Shown here piece after piece: positions 38,710-50,600 of a stretch of DNA of 64,000 nucleotides. This stretch comes from Squalus acanthias (Eukaryota). The notes beneath the pieces are model-generated. The model did not search any database. It had not been told where the DNA came from and saw only the letters and a list, made by a program, of their open reading frames with translations. Position numbers and translations under genes: made by a program. Numbering within the stretch: the stretch's first letter is position 1; every line of letters begins with the position of its first letter. The stretch covers positions 144,214,001 to 144,278,000 of the forward strand of contig CM059431.1 in NCBI GenBank assembly GCA_030390025.1, read 5' to 3'.

Positions 38710-39096
38710 ATGGTAACGTCATGCTTAATCTACTCTACTATCGACTTGGTGTCCTCGAGTAATAATCCAGAGAACATGAGCTGAAATCCCACCATGCCAG
38801 CTTGAGAATTTGAATTTGGTTTCTGAAAGGTTCTGCAAGTAAAAGGCTGGCATCAGTAAAACTAATCATGAAGCTGTCGGGTTGTTTTAAAACGCAACTG
38901 TTTCACTGATGTCCTTTAGAGAAGGAAACCTGCATTCCTTACCCGGTCTGGACCTCTGTGTGACTCCAGTGGCTGAGTCCTAACTGCCCCTCTGAAGTGG
39001 ACAAGCGAGCTTGTCAGCTCTATCAAGGACAACTAGTGATGGGCATTAAATGCCGACCTTTCCAGGCACGTCCACATGCCTAGAATGAATAAAAAG
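38710..39096 (+). mobile_element. SINE with MetaSINE-like central domain and the 3' tail of the second LINE family
   Basis: TTCACTGATGTCCTTTAGAGAAGGAAACCTGC...CCTTACCCGGTCTGG core; tail GGACAACTAGTGATGGGCATTAAATG...GAATGAATAAAAA. Confidence 0.7.
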
Positions 39097-41444
39097 AATT
39101 CATAGGATTAATATTTTTTTGGTACTTGGTTTCATGAAACAATGAACAAGAGAAGAAATTATCGATTGGAGATTATTTTGGAATAATTGAAGAATTAGTG
39201 ATTAATAAATATCTACTGTCAAAAGTTAGCGTCTAATCAATCACTTCAAACGATTAACCTTCCGATAAAATAACCATCAGTACGGACACAGGAAGTGTCT
39301 CTCCATTATAGGACCAAGTGTAATATCTGGACTCACATTACAGGTCAGCAGTCCACCTTTCTTTCAAAAATCTGTTGTTCTCCTCGGAACTGAACTGACG
39401 AAAACAGCTGCAGGGAAGATAAAATGTTTGGATTGTTGCTTTGAGAAGCTAGTGAGAGAATAGGGCCAAACTCCACCACTCGGCTAAACGGTTATATCAG
39501 ACACACCCCGCAGTGTTACTCAAGTATCCAGTCTGAAAGGCTGGCGAGCTCTGAAGGAGGACGCAGAGTCCCGATCGGTGGGCGACACTCACGGGTAAGT
39601 TAAGATGACTTCATAATGTCCATCTGATTAATTTTACCAGAGACATGGCATTTGTTGCGATCAATGGGGGCAATTTAAACCCTGGGGGATGGTGTGAAAT
39701 GGGCGATGTGCTATTAGCCCCCGTTACACGCCCGCCAGATGTTCTTTTCCGTTGAGATCCATTGAAGGGAAAATCTGGCGAGTGCGGATAACAGCCCGTT
39801 CGATACCGTGCGTTTTACGCAACCAAAGTGTGCAGAATTGTAACATGTTTATCTGCAGAAATATTACAGTATATTTTCGGATTGATGGATATCTTCAGTC
39901 CGAAATTGTCAGTTGAGGTCCTGTCCTCAAATGCAATCCAACCATTACAGACAATATCACAGGAACACATGAAATGTGTGGGCAGGAAAAGACCAGTTGC
40001 TCCGTCAAGCTTTCCCACACCACGCTGGCCGGAGCATCACCGCCCGTCCCCACCTCCCACCCCGGCAGCCATGTAATCTCCTGGGAGAGGCAAAACAACC
40101 AGAGTCAAAAACTCAGGATCAAAAAGGAAAACATAAGCTGGAAAACCCCTCTGCGGCCCCCTCCGTCGATCAATAGCAGTCTAGGAGATAAGATGGAACA
40201 TCCCATGTGAATTGATAAGAATTTCCTGCGCTAATAATTATGGATTGAAATTCCGAGCTGTGGCTGTAAACTTCACAACCGCTTATGGAATCATAGAATA
40301 GTACAGCACAGAAGGAGGCCATTCGGACCATCGGGTCTGCGCCGGAACCTGAATGTATGGATCAGATGTATATTTACAGAGCGTAGCTATCAGGTTTCAA
40401 ACCTGTTATTTTCGCTCAGATTGCTTTTTTTCTTTAATTTGCTCGTTTCGAGGTTAAACACCGATAGGTGACCGTTCGGCTGACTGGCCCGGTTTTTTGT
40501 GTTGTAACTTCTATGCATTATATTTCTCTATCTGGTTATTGCAGCAAAGATCTTTGTAAATTACAATGCTTGCTTGAGGTAATGTTGTTTTTGAAATTAG
40601 AAGAGAGAAAAGCTATTTGCAACGAAATCTGCGTCTCTACGGCAAACACAAGGAACATGTCCCGTAAGACTATTTTTAACAACTGATTATTCAATTTGCA
40701 TTTAACACAATGCAGAAGTAAAACTACGTCTCAGCGTTCAGCCGAAATCAGACACTCATGTTTACATTGATGTAATTGCATCTCTATTTAGTTGAATTAT
40801 CAGTGTAACCACATACATTAATAACACATAGTATGAAGTGCTTTATTATTATAAATATAGAGAACGGAATGAAAGTTAAATAGGAAGATGTTCGCTAGGC
40901 TGTGTTGAAATCATTGCCTCGGTGTGAATGGAAATTCATTTTGGTTGGTAATTATAGCGAAATTCACAATAAAAATAGATGCTTGGGATTTCAGAACGAA
41001 TATCAGTCAGAACAAAGGGCTTCATCACCGCAGGAAAAATATGGCCATCGATTTGGCCCCAATCCATTGACCCAACCAATCTTCACAACTGGGTAGAAAG
41101 TTTCCTTCAGAGGTTTAGATTTGTCATTGTTTTTAACAGAACTATTAAAATCCCCAGCTTGTGATTCGTCAAAACGAAGCAGTCCTCAATATTCAAAGGT
41201 AAGAACCTTATGAACATGACATGAATGTGTCATGTTGGTGGGTTCAATCGAAACGAATTGAATTGGTAGAAAATAGTCAGAGATTCGGTGCCAGGATGGC
41301 TAAAATATCACAAATTTCCATTGCCAGATTATAATATTATAAAGAGTATTGTTTAGTCACTATTAAGTGAAATGTTGGCATTCTAATGGCTGTGATCTAC
41401 CTTCTTATTCACTAAGGGTCGAGTGTCCAGTCCTTATTTGGAAC

Positions 41445-41609
41445 ATGGCAACTTCACTGGGCATAGAAGAAAGCGGCATCAGTTCCGATATTAACCTACA
41501 ATCCGGTACAAGGAAAGCCCTGGTGAGACTGGGAGGCTCCCGGACTCATTCACCAAACAGAAGAGTAAATAGTCCAGGAATTCAGATTAGAAAACCGAAA
41601 ATTCTGGGG
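41445..41609 (+). CDS. MS4A coding exon 1 (cytoplasmic N-terminus)
   Basis: MATSLG...IRKPKILG|gtgaga, 165 nt. Confidence 0.8.
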
Positions 41610-44600
41610 GTGAGATGAAAGCATTTATTTTATTAATTTATTCCGTGCCAAATAGATCACAATTTCAACATGCAATGTTTTACTTTCAAGACACCTTGAG
41701 TAAAATCGTGTTCAGTCGCTTTGTGTAGGGACATCATCAATTAGCTGATGGAGGTTAGTTCCCGTCACTACCCGTAACGAAATTGTAAATAACTTCACAT
41801 TGATCACATGTAGAGTTTATCTGGGACTACCAACCGGGGAATATGTTCCTGAGTATATTTATGAGCTAAACTTTTAAAAATTAAGTCTGGGGATATAGGC
41901 CTCGTTAGCAAAGTCGGCATTTATTTCCCAGACCATTTCCTCTTGAGAAAACCGTGGTGCGCCTTCTTGTTGAACAGCTGCAATCCATGTGGTGAAGGTG
42001 TTTCCACAGTGCTGTTAGCTAAGCATCTCAAGGGTTTTGACCCAACGATGATGAAGGAACGGCGGTTATCTGTCAATGTCGGGATGGTGTGTGACTTGGA
42101 GGGTTGTTGATGATATTCCCAGTGTCTGCTGCCCTTGTCCTTCTGGGTTGTGGTGTTCGCGGTTTTGGGCGGTGATGTTGAAAAAACCTTGGCGAGTTGC
42201 TGCAGTGCATCCTGTAGATGGGACACACTGCAGCCACGGTGCACCGGTGGTGGAGGGAGTGAATGTTTACTGTGGTCCACAGGCGTATGTGTGTTGGAGA
42301 ATTCCCTCCATGGCCATTGTCGTAACAAAGGGTTATTAGTCCGGCGACAATAAATCAGCTCATGAGTAACCCACGCGCTTTAAAAAAAAAATAACATGCT
42401 TTATTTTATTGGTCAATAATAGTATTAGATTTTATATACAGTGTTATATTAAATGACAAGCTGACATACACACTATACCCAGTTCTGATGAAGGGTCCCA
42501 GACCTGAAACGTTAACTCTGTTTCTCTCTCCACGGATGCTGCCTGACCTGCTGAATATTTCCAGCATTTTCTGTTGTTATTTCAGATTTCCAGCATCCGC
42601 AGTATTTTGCTACTGTACAAATTATACAACCTGGTTCCCCGGCCCGGAGTGATTACTTTCGGCGCTAGGCTATCTGCATGTCCGCGGGCTTCCAACTGAA
42701 TCTGACTCTACCAACTGACCCTGAAACGCTCCCACCCCAAGAGAACCACCAGCCCGTGTTTCCCAGGCGTGGAGCGACCAGCTCCATCCCTCCAGGCCAT
42801 CCGCACGGCTGCGTGCTTCCTGATCAACCCGAGAACGTTCTGCCTTGGGGGAAAACAGGTTCTATTCTTATACTATAGTACAAGCTTGGCCTGTGCCTAC
42901 GTAATACATAGTTGCACATTTTGCCGAGGCCACGTTTTCAGGTTTATACCCCGCTTTTATAGGGCTAGAAATTCGACTCTGGCGGTGGCACAAAATGGGC
43001 GATATCGGTCAGGGGACTGGTGTTTATAGCGTCTGATATTCAATTCCATTGCAGTCAAAAGGACTGAACATAACTGCGGATAACTGGGCCGCCGATGCGA
43101 TACCGCCCGTTTTGTGTCACGCCCGCGATTAATTTCTAGGCCAATTTTCGATCCCTGCCTGTTCTACAAACTGTGTTTAAAATGCAATAATTAGTTACAG
43201 GTTTATCTTTTACCGTGGCATATGGTGTCTTGGTAACTAAGAACATAAGAACATAAGAAATAGGTGCAGGAGTAGGCCATTCGGCCCTTTGAGCCTGCTC
43301 CAGCATTCAATGAGATGATTGCTGATCTTCTGCCTCAACTCCATTCACCGGCCCTATCGCCATATCCCTTGATGCCCTTACTAGTAAGAAATCTATCGAC
43401 TTCTGTTTTGAATATACCAAATGACTGAGCCTGCACAACCCTCTGGGTTAGAGAGTTCCAAAGATCCACCAACCTCTGTGTGAAGAAATTGCTTCTCATC
43501 TGAGTCCTGAATGGCCTACCCTTTATCTTGAAGCTGTGGCACCTGGTTCTGGACTCCCCAGCTAAGGAAACATTTTCCCAGCATCCATCCTATCAAGCCC
43601 TGTAATAATTTTGTATGCTTCAATGAGATCCCCTCTCATTCTTCTGAATTCAAGAGAATACAGGCCTAATTTACTCAATCTCTTCTCATATGACAGTCCC
43701 GCCATCCCAGGAATCATTCTCATGAACCTTCGTTGCACTCCCTCTATGGCAAGTATATTGTTCCTTAGGTAAGTAGACCAAAATTGTACACAGTACTCCT
43801 GGTGTGGTCTCAACAAGGCCCTATATAATTGGAGTAAGACTTCTTTACTCCTGTACTCACATCCTATTGTAATGAGGAAGGAGCGAACAGCTCCGAAAGC
43901 TTGTAAAATTAAATAAATCTGTTGGACTATAACCTGGTGTTGTGCGACTTCTCATTATTTTAATGAAGGCTAGCATACCATTTGCCTTCCTAATGGCTTG
44001 CTGCACCTCCACATTCACTTTCAGTGATTCATGTACAAGGACACCCAGGACCCTTTTAGCATCTGCATTCCCCAATCTTTCACCATTTAGGAAATACTCT
44101 GCCTTTCTGTTTTTTCTACCAAAGTGGATAACTTCACATTTATCCACATTATATTCCATCTGCCATGTTCTCGCCCACTCACTGAGCCTGTCGAGATCCC
44201 CTTGAAGCCTCTTCACATCCTCTTCACAACTGACACTGCCACCTAGCTTTGTATCATCAGCAAATTTGGAAATGTTACATTTAGTCCCCTCATCCAAATC
44301 ATTGATATAGATTGTGAATAGCTGATGCCCAAGCACCGATCCTTGCGGTACCATACTAGTCACAACCTGCCATCCTGAAAAGGACCCGTTTAGCCCTACT
44401 CTTTGTTTTCTGTCTGTTAACGAATTCTCAATCCATGCTGGTATATTACCCCCAATTTCATGTGCCCTAATTTTGTTCACCAATCTCTTGTATGGGACCT
44501 TATCGACGGCCTTCTGAAAATCCAGATACACCACATCTACCGGTTCCCCTTTGTCTACTCCACTAATTACATCCTCAAATAACTCCAATAGGTTTTTCAA

Positions 44601-47600
44601 ACAGGGTTTCCCTTTCATAAATCCATATTGACTCTGCCCAATCTTACTATTAGTTTCTAAGTGCCCAGTTCTTGCATCCTTTATAATAGTTTCCAGCATT
44701 TTCCCAACTACTGATGTGAGGCTAACAGGTCTGTAGTTCCCCGTTTTCTCTCTCCCTCCTTTCTTAAATATCGGGGTTACATTGGCTGTCCTGCAATCTG
44801 CAGGAACCGTTCAAGAATCTGTAGAAATTTGGAAGATGACAACCAATGCGTCTACTATTCCAATGGCCACCTGTTTCGAAACCCTAGGATGTAGGTGATC
44901 CGCTCCTTGGGATTTGTCGACTTTTATTCCCATTAATTTTGCTAGTAGTGCTTTTTTACTAATAATAATTTCTGTAAGTTCCTCATTCTCTTGGTTTTCG
45001 CGTATTTCTGGGAGGTTTTTTGTGTCTTCCTCCGTGAAGACAGAGACAAAGTATTTATTTAATTTCATGCCTTTTCCTCATTCCCCATTATAAATTCTCC
45101 CGTCTCTGACTGTAAAGGACCTACATTTACCTTCGCCAGTCTTTTCCTTTTCAAATACCGATAGAAGCTTTTACAATCTGTTTGTATGTTTTTCGCTAGT
45201 TTCTGCTCATATTCCATTTTCCCTTTCTTTATCAATTTCTTGGTCACCCTTTGCTGATTTCTAAAACGATCACAATGCTCAGGCTGACCGGTTTTTCTGG
45301 CAACTTTATAAGATTCCTCCTTTGACTTAATACTAGCTTTAATTTATTTTGTTAGCCATGGTTGGATCACTTTTCCTTTTGGCTTTTTATGCCAACTTGT
45401 CTCTTTTCAGCCTGTTCCTCGACCTGCTTTATTTAAATCAACGTGTGTCCTTTCGTTTCCAAACTGTTTATTGTTCATACCGAAAGACAAGATTCAAGTT
45501 TCCCTTTCTCCCACATCTGCTCTAACACTAAAAAGCAAATGGAAATAATGTCGGGACACCTTGACCATTTAAATGATCTTAAAGCTTTCTAACAATGAGC
45601 TAATCGAATCATCTCAATCAGCTTTCAACAAAGCTTTACTTGTCTCTTACCTTGGTCTCGCTCTCCTCCTCTCCCCTTGTCTCTATCTCTTATCGCTCTC
45701 TCTCGCTACCTCCCCCATTCTCGCTCTCATACACAGTGTAATATTTTGTATGATTTTATACATGTTAGCTTTGTTTCCACAGTGCAATACTTGTTCTCTT
45801 TTAGGTTATTCAGATTCTGTTGGGAATACTTTTCATAATAACCTGGGCGCCTTCAATTCTGAATCCGAGATCGGTGGCAGGAGCGCACAGAACACACTGG
45901 TGTGGCGCGCTATCGGTGAGTTTCTGTCCAATGTCCATTTGGAGGAATTTAAATCTGGTCAGAATTGATTAGATGAGATTTCAGACTTATTTTGCAATTT
46001 AATGCATGACCGTGTAGCGCCTTGCTGTAATATTCTTCTGATTTTCGCTACTTTCTCGAGGCATCAACTATTCTAAACCGAATAACATTCCCGTTAAAAT
46101 AGCGAACAAACAGACGAAAGAGAATGCCGAAGCAATAATGTCAGCAACCAAATTTATTCAAAAAACATTATGTATCGAGATCGTTATTTATTTATTGCTG
46201 TCGTTTTCAGCACTTAAAACATAAAAATATAAGAAATAGGAACAGGAATAGGCCATTTGGTCCTTCGAGCCTGCTCCGCCATTCAATAAGATCATAGCTG
46301 ATCTTCTACCTCATCTCCACTTTCCTGCACTATCCCCATAACCGTTGATTCTGTCAATATTCAAAAATGTATCGATCTCTGTCTTGAATATATTCAATGA
46401 CTGAGCCCTCACAGTCCTGTGGGTTAGAGAATTCCAAAGATTCACCAACCTCTGAGTGAAGACATTTCTCCTAATTTCAGTCCTAAATGGCCGACCCCCT
46501 TATTCTAAGACTGTGACCCCTGGTTCTAAACTCCCCAGTAGTTAAACATCCTCCCTGCATCTACCCTGTCAAGCCCTGTAAGAATTTTGAATGTTTCATT
46601 GAGATCACCTCTCATTCTTCTAAACTCTGGAGAATATAGGCCTAGTCTACTCAATCTCCCCTCATAGGACAATCACCCCCCCCCCCCATCCAAGGAACCA
46701 GTCAGGTGAACCTTCGTTGCAGTCGCACTATGGCTAGTATAACCTTCCTTTGGTAAGGAGACCAAAACTGTAAACAATAATCCAGGTGTGGTCTCACCAG
46801 AGCCCTATATAATTGGAGTTAAATTGCCTGTGAATAATCAGCCAGAAAATTATGCTTCAGAATTTAAGATAGTTGTTGTAGTTCTCCAGAATAATACCGG
46901 GGCTAAACTAATCTTAATTACGAGTACGATTTGCATAAACTAGATTTTTATTCCCTCGAGCATAGAAGATTAAGCAGTCATCTGACTGACGTGTTTGAGA
47001 TAATTAAATTATCTAATATGGTTGATAGAGAGAAATGTGAGTGGGTGAGTCAAGAACATAACCTGAAAATTAGAACTAGACCATTCAGGGCTGATGTCAG
47101 AAAGCACTTATTCACGTAAATGATATTGGAAATCTGGTATTATCCCCCTCAAAAGCTGTTGATTGTAGTGGTCAATTGAAAATTTTAAAACTGAGGCTGA
47201 TCGATGTACGTTACATGAGGTTATTAAGGGTTACAGAACTAATGCAGGTAGATGAAGCTAAGTTGCAAATCAGCTATATTCTAAATAACTGGCGGAACAG
47301 GCTCGAGGGGCTGAATGACCTAGTAGTGGTTCGCTGTTCCAATGCACAGGCTTTGTCATGTGGAATTGATATGTCACATTTCTTTCCCAGTTTCTTATTT
47401 CTGGGAGCCTGTGGTGTATTGTGGAAAAGACATCATCTACAGGCCTTGTAAGTATCTCCACAATAACTCTCCATTTAAACACCGCAGTCCATTGCACGGA
47501 ATACTGTTCTAAAGTGACATTCTGGTGGCTGAGCTGATTATGCACACATTGGAAAAGTTACCTTTAAAAGGGATTGTTCAGATATGTGGTAACCCGTATA

Positions 47601-50600
47601 ATTGGGTGGGTTTCGGGGATGAAATTGGAGAATTGCCGGGTGGTAAAACAAGCAGTCGTGCATCGGCCACTCGTTAGACATCCGGGCCGATATTCAGTCC
47701 CATTGATTTCTTAATCGATATTGTCTTTTTTTATCCTCACTGGGGTTAAAGTTGGACCTCGTATGTGGTAAAACGAGTCGGCAGCCCGTTTTAAGATCTA
47801 CCCCAAAGTGTTTTATCCACGAGGCCCTGTTGTAATTCCAGACACTTGTTCTCATGCACTTTTACTAGGCAAGAGTATTAAAGCTACTGGGATCCAAAAC
47901 GGATCGATGGAGTTAACCTAAAGATCAGAAATAATCTAACTGATTGAAGGAACAGTTTCGAGGAGCTGAATGGCCTACTCCCGTTCCTGTGTTCCTAATG
48001 ACTGTCTAGACGAAATTTTCTATGCAATTATTTCATTATTTGGTGATTTGACTCTCCCCCTGATCAATACAGTTTCCCACTCCTCACACTGCTCAGATTA
48101 CTCTGCGAAATCCAAAATAGAAAAGCGCTTCCCTCTACAAATTAGATTGAAAGAAATTTTCCTTTATGCCTACTACATATCCTGCCATACTAGGTCAAAT
48201 TTTATTTCCAGAAAGAAAATAAAAGACTCTTATTTCACCCCTCTTTCAAAGAGCCGGCACAGACATAATGGAATGGCCGCCTTTGTACTGTAAGGTTCTA
48301 TGACACTATTTTTATTGCAATAAATCCGTTTTGTATGGAATTTAGAACTCATTAATGTCTTTAGATGGGTACATTGAAGGAGATTCGCCGCCCAGACAAT
48401 TAATGGCTTTGTGAAGATCTCACCTAACTCAAATATTTTATTAATCTTTTACTTATTCTTTCGAAGGTGGCGACGTGTCTGGCGCTGAATGCGATCACTG
48501 CCCTTCTTGGCGTAGCCAATCTGGTCCTGCTTTGCATTTACTTCGAGGTTAGGACCTCATTAATTATCTGACTTTTGGTAGTGTCTGCGATTCTTGGCCC
48601 ATTACTTTGGCTGTAAGTAAAGTACTAATTTTATCCAATTCCCTTTTAAAAGTTATTATAGAATCTGCTTCCAACGCCCTTTCAGACAGTGCATTCCAGA
48701 TCATAACAACTTGCTGCATAATTTTTGTCCTCACATCCCCTCTGGTTAATTTTCCAAAGACCTTAAATCTGTGTCTCTGGATACCGAGCGCTCTGTCACT
48801 GGAACCAGTTTCTCCTTATTTTATCCATCAAACGCCTTCATGATTTTGTACACTTCTATCAAATTTCCCCTTAATATTCGTTGCTCTAAGAAGAACAACC
48901 CCAGTTTCTCTCGTCTATCCACGTAACTGAAGTTTTTCATCCCTGGCACCTTTCTATAAAATCTCATCTGCACCCTCTCTGAGGCTTTGACATCATTCCG
49001 AAAGTGTGGTGCCCAGTATTGACCACTGTACTCCAGCTGAAGCCTAAACAATGTTTTATACAGGGTTAGCATAACTCCCTTAATACATGAATAACAGTTT
49101 CAAGTCAGCACTCCCTCTGGGCGTGTTATGGTTGATTGAACAATTAAATAGTTTCATACAAAAAACAATTGAGATTGCCCTTCACAGTTCAGCTTTGCGT
49201 CACTTTGCATTTCCCAGGCACACACAGGTGTAATAAACCCAATGGTCGGCGGATGAACTTGAGAGAGAAGCAGTGAGAAATCCCTTTAGGAGGAGTTCTA
49301 GGACCGCTCTGGGATTACATCTTACGAAGTGCAACCAAAATTCACTGTCAATTCAGGGTTTGAATGGGATGAGGGGACATCCTGTGAAGTCATGTATACA
49401 GGAAACACGTTTGAAGTTAATAGAAATAATCAGAGAGGCAACACATACTTGATTAAAATCTACAAATAGCTAACAAAAAGATGTATTTCATTGGCCGTGT
49501 GAATCATGTGTTTTATAAAGTAAATAAGTAAAAGCTGATCACAGTGGCAGAGTGTCGGTAAACATAGGACAGAGATTGAAGATAAATGGCAAAAGAACCT
49601 GTGGGGGGATGAGGAGAAATAATGTTTTACACAGCGATTTGTTATGATCTGGAATGTACTGCCCGAACGGGTGCTGGAAGCTGATTCAATACTAACTTTC
49701 AAAAGGGAATTGGATAAACGCTTAAATGGAAAAAAAAATTGCGGGGCTACGAAGAAAGGGCAGTGTGTCTAATTGGATATCTCTTTCAAGGTGCAAGCAC
49801 AGGCAGGATGGGCAGAATGGCCTCCTTCTCTGCTGTATCATTCTATGATTCTATGAATTGGTACTGCGGAGATTAAAGTAATCTTCGGCCATTCCGGATT
49901 TTCTACGTACCCAAACTGATATAACTTTTCAAATTATATTTCCATCTGCTCACATTTGTAAGGAGCAGACGTTATACTGTAATTGTACCAGCCGGCCTGT
50001 GGCAGCGCTGTAGCTCCTGTGTTTTGCGGCTACTCCCTCCTCAGCCTGGAGTGCAGAGAAGCTTCAATGAAATGTTCTTCTAGACTTCCAACATTGCGAT
50101 CAGTTTGGTTATCTAAAGGGAAAATTCAGACTTGCAAACGGGGGCTGACTAACATTTCCACGCCCTGGTCCATTAATTCCCTCCCCCACACTGAAATATG
50201 CTTACTGCCGAAGACATATTCTTGATGCCCTGTGGACGGTCGCCTAATATTGAGACAATGGGGAGGAAATTAGCCTGCGTTATGCTCCTCCCGATTTTCT
50301 TTTCCATTGAATTCAATTGGAGAGGAAAATCGGGAGGAGCGTAAAACGGACTTTAGATTCCAGTTTAGCACGACTGGCAGTGTTCAATTCCGCTCCCAAT
50401 ATTTTTCATTGGCCAAAATTTGGCTAATGTGTAAGCTTCGATTTGAGATTCTCCTCGAAATGTGGTGTCGCTGTATATACGAATGTTCTTGTTGCCTGAT
50501 GTCGTCTTATTTCTGTTTGCCCTGAACATGTTCTTGTTACTGATCCACAGATATACCGTTTCAGTCTTGTACCCGTTCTCCCCCTGTTGGTATTGTTGGC

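Larger units (their letters stand above)
35130..46110 (+). repeat. Right arm of the inverted duplication, expanded by later insertions
   Basis: Collinear reverse-complement blocks as listed for the left arm; SINE/LINE insertions are arm-specific. Confidence 0.85.

Noticed and set aside
41400..41610. Ig light-chain V-like reading (RYKESPGET) of this block and its partner at 29760-29930
   Set aside because: Needs several frameshifts and has no RSS; the open frame ending PK(A/I)LG at a donor fits MS4A far better.
42620..42860. J-segment or Ig C-like words (PGRGTRL, ITFGA) in GC-rich unique sequence
   Set aside because: Motifs incomplete, no RSS or compatible splice sites; unassigned.
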